Shown: piece after piece, positions 19,340 to 28,533 of the stretch
Numbering within the stretch: position 1 is the first letter of the stretch
How the letters are laid out: the number at the start of each line of letters is the position of its first letter
Source of the DNA: Candidatus Binatia bacterium
GTDB lineage: Bacteria > Desulfobacterota > Binatia > Bin18
Assembly: GCA_963664395.2 (NCBI GenBank)
Contig: OY761159.2
Location: 3,008,001 to 3,072,000 of the forward strand
DNA length: 64,000 nucleotides
Direction of reading: 5' to 3'
Program-made: the position numbers and the translations under genes
Notes under the pieces: generated by a model
What the model saw: only the letters and a program-made list of their open reading frames with translations
What the model was told of the DNA's origin: nothing
Databases searched by the model: none

Positions 19340-20683
19340 ATGGTGTGGCCCTGGAACCGCCGCCGGCGCTCCGCTCACAAGCGTGTTCAGCCTCTGGAGC
19401 TCAGTCAGTGGACGCTGAATACAGATCGTTTTCTGCGGGTCCTGCGTGCCATGGTCGCCGTTGGTGAGCGGCTGCAGAATTCTCCGTCTAAGGAGCAGCC
19501 GCCACCACAAGAGGACCTCGCCGGAGATATCGTTCTCGACGAATTGTCAGCCCATACCGCCCCCGGTCGTTTACAGGTGGAACGAGTGAGTTATGCCGAA
19601 GGCCGCGGGAATCTTATCCTGAGCTATCCAAGTCGTTCCCTTGGACGCGCCCACAAAACCATTGCTTTTGTGGGCGCGCATCTCGACGTCGTGCCTGCCG
19701 ACCCGAAAGACTGGCAGCGCCCGCCCTTTGAGTTGCAGATTGCGGGAGACCGTTTGTATGGCCGGGGTGTCACCGACTGTCTCGGACATGTCGCCGTTCT
19801 CACCGACCTCTTTGCCCAGCTCGCCGAATCTGAAGTGGAGCTCGACCACAGTGTGGTCGGGGTCATTATTGCCGACGAAGAACTCTCAAACACGCACGGC
19901 GTAGGGATTGGGCGGCTGGTCAAAGACGGTCGGCTCGATCATCTCAAGAACGGACCCGTGTATTGGATCGATAGTGCCGACTTTGGACCAACAACGGCAA
20001 CTGCCGGGATGGCACTCTGGAGACTGGCTATTGAAGGCAAGGGCACCCACTCAGGATTTCCACAAAATGGGATCAATGCCGCAGAACTGGCGACCGAAGT
20101 GACCCGCGCCCTCCAGCAGTGGTTTTACGCCCACTATCCCGCTCACCCAAAGGAGCGGGAGTACGGTTTTCGAGCGCCGTCGTCTCTCAAACCTACACGG
20201 GTGCAGGTTGAGAATGATACCCTGACGAAAATCCCGTCCAAGGCCCGTATTGAAGGCGATATTCGTCTGACGCCCTGGTATGACCCTGACGAAGTGAAAA
20301 AAGGGCTGGCTGCTTTTATGGAAACGCTGGATGTCAGCCAACTGCCCGTCTTTGGTCCGGGCCGCTATGCCTGCAACGGACAGGTCGGGACGGCCCGGTT
20401 TGAGATGCTGGGTACGCCGTCCGGCGGAATGGTCTGCGACCGGACCTCAGCCGGCTATGCGGCCCTAGCCCAAGCGGTTGCGGCCGTACGGCCCGACTCT
20501 CAACCCTTCGCCCTGACGGGCAGTCTGCCCTATGTCCGTTTTCTGCAGGAGCACGGCTTTGACCTGCAAATTACCGGTTTCGGCAGAAACGAAGCCTACC
20601 ATGCGCCGAACGAATTCGCCGAACTGTCACATATGCAGGACGGCTTTCGCATCCTGTGTCATATGCTCCGACACTTCGGCTAG
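19340..20683 (+). CDS. M20 peptidase resembling plant-type N-acetylornithine deacetylase
   Basis: Motifs GRGNLILSYP, GAHLDVVPA, GRGVTDCLGHVA, GPVYWIDSAD, GDIRLTP and YHAPNE. Confidence 0.8.
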   Translation: MVWPWNRRRRSAHKRVQPLELSQWTLNTDRFLRVLRAMVAVGERLQNSPSKEQPPPQEDLAGDIVLDELSAHTAPGRLQVERVSYAEGRGNLILSYPSRSLGRAHKTIAFVGAHLDVVPADPKDWQRPPFELQIAGDRLYGRGVTDCLGHVAVLTDLFAQLAESEVELDHSVVGVIIADEELSNTHGVGIGRLVKDGRLDHLKNGPVYWIDSADFGPTTATAGMALWRLAIEGKGTHSGFPQNGINAAELATEVTRALQQWFYAHYPAHPKEREYGFRAPSSLKPTRVQVENDTLTKIPSKARIEGDIRLTPWYDPDEVKKGLAAFMETLDVSQLPVFGPGRYACNGQVGTARFEMLGTPSGGMVCDRTSAGYAALAQAVAAVRPDSQPFALTGSLPYVRFLQEHGFDLQITGFGRNEAYHAPNEFAELSHMQDGFRILCHMLRHFG

Positions 20684-20692
20684 AAGGGCGCG

Positions 20693-20980
20693 CTAGCGAT
20701 GGCGGAACGTGATCCGGCCGCGTTCGAGATCATACGGAGAGAGCTGAACCGTGACGCTGTCACCCTGAATGATTTTAATAAAGAACTTGCGCATCTTGCC
20801 CGCAACATGGGCGAGCATGGAGTGCCCATTCTCAAGCTCAACACGGAAAAATGCGTTGGGTAACACTTGGGTGACGGTCCCATTCATTTCAATGACATCT
20901 TTTTCAGCCTTGGGCTCGGTACTCCGCTCCTTCCGCTTCCGCCTGCCGCCACCGCCGCCTCTTCGACGTGGTCCAGCCAT
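20693..20980 (-). CDS. infA: Translation initiation factor IF-1 with an N-terminal Arg/Gly-rich extension
   Basis: [27 protein letters not shown]...[33 protein letters not shown]; GGAGG RBS. Confidence 0.95.
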   Translation of the reverse strand: MAGPRRRGGGGGRRKRKERSTEPKAEKDVIEMNGTVTQVLPNAFFRVELENGHSMLAHVAGKMRKFFIKIIQGDSVTVQLSPYDLERGRITFRHR

Positions 20981-21001
20981 AAAACCTCCTCTGCATACAA
21001 T

Positions 21002-21041
21002 AAAAAGAAACCCCGGATGACACGGCCTCCGGGGTTTCTTT
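21002..21041 (-). terminator. Terminator-like hairpin with U-tract, just upstream of infA
   Basis: 14-bp stem AAAGAAACCCCGGA/TCCGGGGTTTCTTT; on the minus strand the GC core is followed by TTTCTTTTT. Confidence 0.65.
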
Positions 21042-21047
21042 GTTGAC

Positions 21048-21075
21048 AATATAAACCGAGAAATCCGAACGACAA
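21048..21075 (-). promoter_or_regulatory. Putative sigma70 promoter for infA
   Basis: TTGTCG-16 nt-TATATT on the minus strand. Confidence 0.4.
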
Positions 21076-21210
21076 TGGCAGAAAACTATCAGATCACCCT
21101 ATTGAAGACAACCAGAATATCCCCGGCTCTATTGGTTCTGACGGCATACGCTCGGCACTCCTGGTTGCCCCGGCTGGAGCGCAGGGGATGGTTCTCCTGT
21201 TTATGTAGCG

Positions 21211-22488
21211 TCATTTGCCAGGGTCTGACGCTGCAATCCGAATCGGCTCCGGGTTGACCAGAAAGAAGAAAATCATAAATGACACTGCGGCAAGCCCTGC
21301 GGCCACCAGAAATGGCAGCGCCCAGTTGCCGGTGGCAGCAACCAGAAAGCCGGCGGTCATTGGCCCAAAAATTCCAGCAAAGTTTCCCGAGCCGTTCATC
21401 ACCCCGGATATCGCGCCGACCAACTGTGGGTTCATTTCCAGCGGTATCGCCCAATAGCCCCCGCCGGCAATATTCATCAGAAACAGATAGGCCGTAAAAC
21501 AGGCCACCGAAGCGCCGCCCGAGGAAACCAGCACCGCCGCTACTAAAAAAGGAACACCCAGCGCAATACACAGCGAGGGGGCCTGCGCTCGGGCAAAACG
21601 GACACTGAAGCCGCGCTGTAACAGCAGGTCCGAAAGCGTCCCGCCGCCGACCAGCCCGGCGAAACTGGCGAAGGTTGGAATCATACCCACCCAGCCCATC
21701 TGTTGCAGGGTAAAGCCGCGAACTTTGACCATATAGGTCGGCAGCCACAACACGATCATCCACAGGCCATAGACCAACAGCAAATACGACAGAGACAGCA
21801 ACAGGACCTGGCGCTCTTTGGCGACAGCCCAGGGAGAAAAATTGTGCTCCTGACGTGGGGCGAGGTTGGACTCGATATAGTGGAGTTCTTCCCGGCTGAT
21901 TTTTGGATGCTCCGCCGGCGTGTGGGTGGCAAAAGCCATCCAGGCAATCAGCCACACCCCCCCAAGCACGGCGTTGCAATAAAAGACCATAGGCCACGAA
22001 AACATGGCTAAGAGCCACGTCGTCAGCGGGTAGGCTATGGCCTGCCCGAGATAGGCGCCGGAGATGCTGAGGGTTTGCGCCCGGCTGTATTCCTGGCGGG
22101 GAATCCAGCGCGCATTCAGGGCGGCATAGGCCGGGAAGGTGATGGATTCAAACATCCCCACCCCAAAGCGGATGGCCAACATCAGGCCAAACGCCGCCTG
22201 TCCCATGGGGGTGAGGGCCGTGAAAACGGAAAAGCCAATACAGACCAGAATGAGCAGTTTATGCGTATTCCAGCGATCGGCCAGGACACCCCCTGGAAAT
22301 TGGAGCAGGGCATAGCCGACCAGAAAAGCCGAGAAGACCACACCGAAGCGGCCCTCGTCCCAGCCCAGGGATTCCATCATGACCGGCGCGGCAACCGCGA
22401 TATTGACCCGATCAAGATAGTTGATCATGCTGCCGGTGGTCAGCAGACCGACCAGCCGATAGCGGACCGGAAAGGCCATGCCAGCCAT
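21211..22488 (-). CDS. MFS transporter (anion:cation symporter-like)
   Basis: Motifs INYLDRVNIAVA, GGVLADRW and GAISGVMNGSGN; about 12 hydrophobic segments. Confidence 0.9.
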   Translation of the reverse strand: MAGMAFPVRYRLVGLLTTGSMINYLDRVNIAVAAPVMMESLGWDEGRFGVVFSAFLVGYALLQFPGGVLADRWNTHKLLILVCIGFSVFTALTPMGQAAFGLMLAIRFGVGMFESITFPAYAALNARWIPRQEYSRAQTLSISGAYLGQAIAYPLTTWLLAMFSWPMVFYCNAVLGGVWLIAWMAFATHTPAEHPKISREELHYIESNLAPRQEHNFSPWAVAKERQVLLLSLSYLLLVYGLWMIVLWLPTYMVKVRGFTLQQMGWVGMIPTFASFAGLVGGGTLSDLLLQRGFSVRFARAQAPSLCIALGVPFLVAAVLVSSGGASVACFTAYLFLMNIAGGGYWAIPLEMNPQLVGAISGVMNGSGNFAGIFGPMTAGFLVAATGNWALPFLVAAGLAAVSFMIFFFLVNPEPIRIAASDPGK

Positions 22489-22508
22489 GAATAGTCTATA
22501 CCCTGCTC

Positions 22509-23039
22509 CTACTTCAAATGCGCGCCAGCGAGAAAGGCGATGACGTGGCAAGGCTCATCCCACGGGTTGTGCCAGCGGTGCATGGTTCCGCTCTGAACGA
22601 TCACATCCCCTGCGCCAAGCTCGGTTTTTGAGCCGTCGTCGAGTTCGAGCACGCAGCGCCCGGACACGATATACAGCGTATCGACCGTCGCTGAGCGGTG
22701 CATGCCCGGATCGTCCGGTTTCATGGTCGCCAGCAAGCCCGGAAACAGGCGCTCGGCTTCGGCCGCGGCTTCTTCTGGGTTGGTGGCGGCAGGCGGCGTG
22801 CTTTCGGGAGCTAACACAAATGAGGCGAAGCGAAAACCGCCGACGGGCGGAAACCAGGCGTGATGACGCGGCTCGTTACCAGCGTCGGGATATGAGAGCG
22901 TTTCGTCTGCACCCCACAGGGTGGTCAACGTCGCTCCGGGCAGGCCAGGAACGTCGATGCCTGCGACTTCTCCATCGCTGGCAATGATTGATTTGCCGTC
23001 CGCTCGGTGACCGGTAACAACGCGTCGGATTGTCGTCAT
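22509..23039 (-). CDS. Cupin-domain protein
   Basis: Motifs RRVVTGH, GMHRSATVD and GDVIVQSGTMHRWHN. Confidence 0.9.
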   Translation of the reverse strand: MTTIRRVVTGHRADGKSIIASDGEVAGIDVPGLPGATLTTLWGADETLSYPDAGNEPRHHAWFPPVGGFRFASFVLAPESTPPAATNPEEAAAEAERLFPGLLATMKPDDPGMHRSATVDTLYIVSGRCVLELDDGSKTELGAGDVIVQSGTMHRWHNPWDEPCHVIAFLAGAHLK

Positions 23040-23233
23040 TTGTTTCTCCTTTGTCCTTCTTGCGTGGAAAATTTATCCCTTGCGTGTATGCCTCCCTGGT
23101 TCGGTGTGTCAACTGAAGCGGCAAGAAATTCTGTCTTGTCCGAATAGTGTCGGGTGAGTAGATACTGAGTTGTCCTCCCCTCCATTCCCTGTTCTTATCT
23201 CATTGGTAAGCGTTACTGAGGTTTGGAGGTGGT

Positions 23234-23677
23234 GTGTTCTACGGTGAACTTTTTGCACTCACGGCTGCGTGCCTGTGGGGGACGGCGCCAATTTTTGTCC
23301 GCAAGGGGCTTCCGCATGCGAGTGTCTCGGTCGGGCTGCTGTGCGGATTGGGTGCCAGCCTACCGTTGATGGCCCTGGTCTTTGCACTTCATCCGCGTTC
23401 GGTGACGCAGGTGATTACGCCCCAGGCTGCGCTGTGGTTTATCGCCGCCGGCATCGTTGGTCCATGTTTGGGCCGGATGTGTAATTACTTGGGGGTTGCT
23501 CATCTTGGGGCGGCCAAGAGCACGCCCTTGGTGAATACCGCGCCGCTTTTTACGACGATTTTTGCGTTGCTTTTTTTGCAGGAGGACATCAGCCTCAAGA
23601 TTCTGAGCGGCATCCTGAGCGTCGTGGCCGGGGTGGTGATTCTGACCGGACAAAATCGATGGGCAGGTCGGAGATGA
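23234..23677 (+). CDS. Single-domain EamA/DMT transporter
   Basis: Five hydrophobic segments, LWGTAPIFVRKG and PLFTTIFALLFLQE. Confidence 0.85.
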   Translation: MFYGELFALTAACLWGTAPIFVRKGLPHASVSVGLLCGLGASLPLMALVFALHPRSVTQVITPQAALWFIAAGIVGPCLGRMCNYLGVAHLGAAKSTPLVNTAPLFTTIFALLFLQEDISLKILSGILSVVAGVVILTGQNRWAGRR

Positions 23678-24105
23678 GGACGCCCACTCTCCTCTATCCG
23701 TTTCTTGCCGCCTTTTGTTACGGGATGAATCCCATTCTTGCCAAACTCGGTTTGCAGTCGAGTAACGAGCCGGTGTTTGGTGCGTGTATCGGCATTCTTG
23801 CCGGCGTGGTGGTGTATACGGCCTATTTTTTTGCGAGTGGACAGGCAGGTCAGTTGTTCTCCTTACCACGTCGGGCGGGCGTCTATTTTGGTCTGGCCGG
23901 CCTGGCCTCAACCTTGGCCATCTTTTCGCTTTTTTTTGCGCTGGAATATCTGCCCGCCGTCGTTGCCGCTCCCTTCACCTCAGTCGTGCCGCTCGTCACG
24001 CTCATCCTGAGTCGTCTGATTCTCCATGAGAGTGAACGCATCACCAGGGCCGACGTGGTCGGGACGATTTTCATCGTCGCTGGGATAGTGGTGTTGGTCA
24101 GTTGA
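23674..24105 (+). CDS. Single-domain EamA/DMT transporter (second unit)
   Basis: YGMNPILAKLG and PLVTLILSRLILHESE; ATGA overlap with the previous gene. Confidence 0.85.
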   Translation: MRTPTLLYPFLAAFCYGMNPILAKLGLQSSNEPVFGACIGILAGVVVYTAYFFASGQAGQLFSLPRRAGVYFGLAGLASTLAIFSLFFALEYLPAVVAAPFTSVVPLVTLILSRLILHESERITRADVVGTIFIVAGIVVLVS

Positions 24106-24132
24106 AAGACGGGCAGGCGAGCTATCCCTACG

Positions 24133-24174
24133 ATTATGACAATTATGACAATTATGACAATTATGACGATTATG
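24133..24174. repeat. 9-bp tandem repeat (ATTATGACR), about 4.5 copies
   Basis: Read directly; lies between convergent genes and overlaps the amidase stop codon. Confidence 0.9.
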
Positions 24175-25516
24175 CGAATGACGGCGTCTCCGAGAAGGCC
24201 AACACCTGCTCGCACCACGCGCCAACCGCCAGCAGCTTTTCTTCGGCAAAGGCCGCTCCCATGAGCTGAATACTCAAGGGCAACCCTGTCTGACTCAAGC
24301 CTGAAGGCAAACCCAGGCTTGGCAGGCCGGCAAAAGTTGCCGGGCCGTTAAACGTAGGATCACCGGTGGTTTTGAAGCCGGCAGGCGCGGGGGCCGGGGT
24401 TGCTGGAGTCAGGAGGGCATCGACTGTGCGGCAGAGAGCATCCATCTCGTTACGAAAAGTGTGTTGGTGTCGTTGGGTCTCCATATACTCCACACCGGAG
24501 ACCTTGCGGCCCTTCTCGATCAAGTCCTGCATCTGCGGACTGTACTGCTCTTTATACTGGTCGTAGACCCCACTATGTGAGTAGGCCGATTCAACGAACA
24601 TCATATTGAAATGCGCTTCGGGTGCGCCTTTGAAGCTCTCCGGGAGCGCAACCTCGGTGAGTTGCGCCCCGGCTTGGGTCAGTTGATCCACAACTCCTGT
24701 GACATGCTGCCGGGTTTCCGCATCGGCTTTTTCAAGAAAAAACTCCCGGACCAAGCCGATTCGCGGTGGCTGTGTCAGAGCGGCAGCATAGTGTGGGACA
24801 GGCTGGGCCGCACTCATCGGGTCGTTCGCGTCCTCTCCAGCTAAGACCTGAAGCAGCAGGGCCATATCTGCCACTGTGCGGGAAAAAATGCCAACATGGT
24901 CCAGACTGCCTGACAAGGGATAGACCCCGTAGGTACTGATCCGGCCAAAGGTCGGCTTGAGGCCGACGCAGCCACAGTACGCCGCCGGACGTATGGTCGA
25001 GCCATAGGTCTGAGAGCCCAGCGCGCCACAACACATCTGCGCAGCGACAGCAGCGGCAGAGCCACTGCTGGAGCCACCCGGGGTGTGTTCAAGATTCCAT
25101 GGATTCCGGGTGGGCGACGGAGCCAGGGCGGCAAATTCTGTGGTCTGCGCTTTTCCGAGAACGATCGCTCCTGCTTCCTTGAGGAGCCGTACGGCTGTAG
25201 CGTCATAGTCTGGGACATAGTCGGCGTAAATGGACGACCCCATAGTCGTCTTCATCCCCGCGGTAAAGAAAATATCCTTGAGTCCGAGCGGGATGCCGTG
25301 CAGCGGACCCCGGTATTGCCCGTTGCGGATTTCCGTTTCGTACTGCCGGGCGGTGGCGAGGGCACCCTCACGGTCGACGGTCACCCAAGCGTGGAGCTGC
25401 GGTTCAAGCTGCTCCACGCGGTCCAAACAGGACTGGACGAGAGTAACGGGAGAGAGCTGCTGGGTGCGCAGGCGTTCGGCGGCCGCGGCGATAGTGAGCG
25501 CGTACGGTTGTGTCAT
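24170..25516 (-). CDS. Amidase-signature family amidase (GatA-like)
   Basis: Motifs GPLHGIPLGLKD, PGGSSSGSAAAVA and GSQTYGSTIRPA. Confidence 0.93.
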   Translation of the reverse strand: MTQPYALTIAAAAERLRTQQLSPVTLVQSCLDRVEQLEPQLHAWVTVDREGALATARQYETEIRNGQYRGPLHGIPLGLKDIFFTAGMKTTMGSSIYADYVPDYDATAVRLLKEAGAIVLGKAQTTEFAALAPSPTRNPWNLEHTPGGSSSGSAAAVAAQMCCGALGSQTYGSTIRPAAYCGCVGLKPTFGRISTYGVYPLSGSLDHVGIFSRTVADMALLLQVLAGEDANDPMSAAQPVPHYAAALTQPPRIGLVREFFLEKADAETRQHVTGVVDQLTQAGAQLTEVALPESFKGAPEAHFNMMFVESAYSHSGVYDQYKEQYSPQMQDLIEKGRKVSGVEYMETQRHQHTFRNEMDALCRTVDALLTPATPAPAPAGFKTTGDPTFNGPATFAGLPSLGLPSGLSQTGLPLSIQLMGAAFAEEKLLAVGAWCEQVLAFSETPSFA

Positions 25517-25538
25517 GCGGACCCCTTACGGCTGTCGA

Positions 25539-25997
25539 TTAGTCTTCCACCAATTCGTCAAGCTGGACCAGAATGCCATCCGGGTCGCGCAGGAACGTAC
25601 TGTTAAAATTGCCGTCCTGTGTTTTTGTCACGGTCGGCGGCACGACAAAATCGGCGCCCTTGGCCTTCAATTCCTCGTAGACCTGGGGGAGATTTTCCAC
25701 CCAAAATGCATAGTGATGGACGCCAATCTGGTCGAGCTTAATTGGCTCGCCGCTGACCGGCTTATCCGAGTGTTCGGATAAGACCAGAAATGCCTCGCGT
25801 GGGCCTTTTTTCCAATACAGGGTTGCCACCCGCCGCTGGTCGTGCGGTTCTTTATACAACGCCGGCAGGACCGTTCCCTGCGTTGCTTGTACTTCATCCC
25901 GGACTACCTCAAAGCCGAGCAGATCGCGATAAAACCGGAGCGAGGCATCCATGTCACGCACGCCAACCGCAATATGGGATACACCGTTTGTCACCAT
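25539..25997 (-). CDS. VOC/glyoxalase-family protein
   Basis: HIAVGVRDMDASLRFYRDLLG...FLRDPDGILVQL. Confidence 0.9.
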   Translation of the reverse strand: MVTNGVSHIAVGVRDMDASLRFYRDLLGFEVVRDEVQATQGTVLPALYKEPHDQRRVATLYWKKGPREAFLVLSEHSDKPVSGEPIKLDQIGVHHYAFWVENLPQVYEELKAKGADFVVPPTVTKTQDGNFNSTFLRDPDGILVQLDELVED

Positions 25998-26111
25998 GAA
26001 TGATCCCTCCCTGTGTCTGCCCTATTCTTGACAGGTCTGGGGCAGACATACAAGAAGACAAGTAAAGCGCCGACACGTTTCAAAGGCGTAAAACGAAAAA
26101 AAGGATGAGAT

Positions 26112-27905
26112 ATGCAGCAATCCGAACTTAAAGCGGAAGGTGTACGCTGGGACCTGGGAGGACTGTATGCCAGCCCGGACGATCCTCGGCTTGAGGCTGA
26201 CCTGGCAGAAGCGCGCCGTCGTGCGGAAGTCTTTGCGCAGACCTACCGTGGCAGGATTGAAAACGGGCAGGTCGATGGGACGGCACTCGCTCAGGCGTTG
26301 GCTGAATATGAAGCTATCGCCGAGCTTCAGCACCGCCCCGCTTTTTACGCCTCGCTCCTGTTCGCGGCTGATACCCAGAACCAGCCGGCCCAGCAGCTTG
26401 TGCAACACACGCGCGAAGCCGCCACCGGCATCGAGAACCTGTTGGTCTTTTTCTCTTTGGAACTCATTGCGTTAGCGGACGAGCAGCTCGCCCGGCTCCT
26501 TACCGTCCCGGAGTTGCAAGACTATCAACACTATCTGGAAGCGGTCCGACGCTTTAAGCCGCACACCTTGAGTGAAAAAGAAGAACAACTCCTGAACCAC
26601 AAAAACCTGTCGGGCAAGCATGCCTTTCGACAGCTGTATGACGAACTCAGCGGCTCGCTCCGGTTTCCGCTCACCAGGGGCGGCGAAGAACAACTGCTCA
26701 CCGATGGTGAGATCCTGGCGCTGCTGCGCCAGCCGGACAGCGAGCTGCGTGAGCGGGCCCTGACCATATTTCTGGAAACCTATGCCCAGCACGCGCTTGT
26801 CCTGACTTCGATTTTTAACAATCTGCTGCTGGATCATAAAATTGAGTGCGAGCAGCGTCAGTATGACGATGTAACGCTGCCCACCCACCTGTCGAACGAG
26901 ATTGCCCCGCCGACGGTCGAGGCGATGATGCAGGCCGTCGAACGCCATTATCCCCTGGCGCAGGAATACTTTCGGCTGAAGGCGGAATTGCTCGGGGTGG
27001 AACGGCTCAAGAATACGGACCTGTACGCACCGATTGAAACCGCGGCCGAGGAAATCCCCTTTGCGGACGCGCAGGATTTGATCCTGACCGCCTTTGGGAA
27101 CTTTAACGAACAGTTTGCGGCCCTGGCCAGGGAGTTTTTCCAGAAGGGTTGGATTGATGCCGAGGTCCGGGCGGGGAAACGCGGCGGTGCCTTTTGTGCG
27201 GCTCTGTCGCCCGCCCATCATCCGTATGTCTTGTGCAGCTATAATGGCACTGGGCGGGATGTCTCAACCGTAGCCCACGAGCTGGGCCACGGCATCCATT
27301 ACATGCTGGCGCGGCGTCAGAAATTCCTGCACTACGACGCTCCCCTGGTACTCGCGGAGACGGCCTCGGTCTTCGCGGAAATCGTTCTGACCCAACACTT
27401 GCTGGATAAGGCCGAGCAGCCGGACACGCGCCGCGCCCTGCTGTGTGAGGTCTTGGAGGAAATGTACGGCACGGTCTTTCGACAAACCGCCCTGACCCGC
27501 TTTGAGATGGCGGCGCATGCCAAACGCCGGGACGGGTCACTCAGCGCCGACGACCTGTGCGAGCTGTGGATGACCGAACAGGGCAAGCTCTTTGGCGAGA
27601 GTGTTGAACTATTACCGGTCTATCGCTGGGGCTGGTCGTATATTCCGCATTTTATTCACAGCCGGTTCTACTGCTATTCCTACCCGTTCGGCGAGCTGCT
27701 CACCCTGGCCCTGTATCAGCGCTATCTCGACCAGGGGGAAGACTTTGTGCCTGGGTATTTACACCTTTTGGAAAGCGGGGGCTCACAACGGCCGGAGTAC
27801 GCCCTGGCGCAGATGGGTATCGACATCAATCAGCCCGAATTCTGGGGCCGGGGCTTTCAGGTCATCCAGGGGTTTCTGACCGACCTCCGAGCAACACTCT
27901 CATAA
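26112..27905 (+). CDS. M3 oligoendopeptidase F
   Basis: Motifs WDLGGLY, GKRGGAFC, HELGH (zinc site), LAETAS and HF...FYCYSY. Confidence 0.93.
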   Translation: MQQSELKAEGVRWDLGGLYASPDDPRLEADLAEARRRAEVFAQTYRGRIENGQVDGTALAQALAEYEAIAELQHRPAFYASLLFAADTQNQPAQQLVQHTREAATGIENLLVFFSLELIALADEQLARLLTVPELQDYQHYLEAVRRFKPHTLSEKEEQLLNHKNLSGKHAFRQLYDELSGSLRFPLTRGGEEQLLTDGEILALLRQPDSELRERALTIFLETYAQHALVLTSIFNNLLLDHKIECEQRQYDDVTLPTHLSNEIAPPTVEAMMQAVERHYPLAQEYFRLKAELLGVERLKNTDLYAPIETAAEEIPFADAQDLILTAFGNFNEQFAALAREFFQKGWIDAEVRAGKRGGAFCAALSPAHHPYVLCSYNGTGRDVSTVAHELGHGIHYMLARRQKFLHYDAPLVLAETASVFAEIVLTQHLLDKAEQPDTRRALLCEVLEEMYGTVFRQTALTRFEMAAHAKRRDGSLSADDLCELWMTEQGKLFGESVELLPVYRWGWSYIPHFIHSRFYCYSYPFGELLTLALYQRYLDQGEDFVPGYLHLLESGGSQRPEYALAQMGIDINQPEFWGRGFQVIQGFLTDLRATLS

Positions 27906-27917
27906 GGAAGGCAATCC

Positions 27918-28520
27918 ATGTACGCGCGTGTTATTCCCATCCAATGCCGACCCAGCCTCCTGACCGACTTCCTGTCCGTCTATCGGAGTGCGGTGCTGCC
28001 GCCGCTGGTCCGGGAGCCCGGATTCCATGGAGCCTTGGTGCTGTCTGACCCGGAGGTGCATACGGGCTTCATCGTCACCTTATGGAACTCCGAAGCCGCG
28101 CTGGCCCAATCGGAACTGAAGAGCCGCAAGGCCGTTGCCGCCATGCTGTTACCGTTTCTGACCGCACACCCGCAGCCTGAAGAGTACGAAATCCTGGTCC
28201 GGGCCGGTCAGCATATTGGCGGGCGCTTCGCCAGGGTGATTACCCTGCCTGTTTCCGAAGAGCATGTTGACCCGGCGCGTGCTGTGTATGAGGAAGAATA
28301 TCTCCCATTACTCAGGCGGCAGCCCGGTTTTCAGGGCGTGCTGTGGCTGGCCAATCGAACCCAGGGAATTGGACGCGGGATGAGCTTTTGGAGCAGCCGA
28401 GAACACATGCGGGCCGCGGACCGGGAGAACGAATTTTTTCCTCGGGTCTTGTCCCGGCTGGCGGAATACTTTTCCGCCCCAACCGAGATGGGCTATTACG
28501 GCATTGATGTGCAAATGTAG
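27918..28520 (+). CDS. Tandem ABM-like (dimeric alpha/beta barrel) protein
   Basis: Two internal repeats, ARV...PGFxG...W. Confidence 0.7.
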   Translation: MYARVIPIQCRPSLLTDFLSVYRSAVLPPLVREPGFHGALVLSDPEVHTGFIVTLWNSEAALAQSELKSRKAVAAMLLPFLTAHPQPEEYEILVRAGQHIGGRFARVITLPVSEEHVDPARAVYEEEYLPLLRRQPGFQGVLWLANRTQGIGRGMSFWSSREHMRAADRENEFFPRVLSRLAEYFSAPTEMGYYGIDVQM

Positions 28521-28533
28521 CTGCTATCGACAA

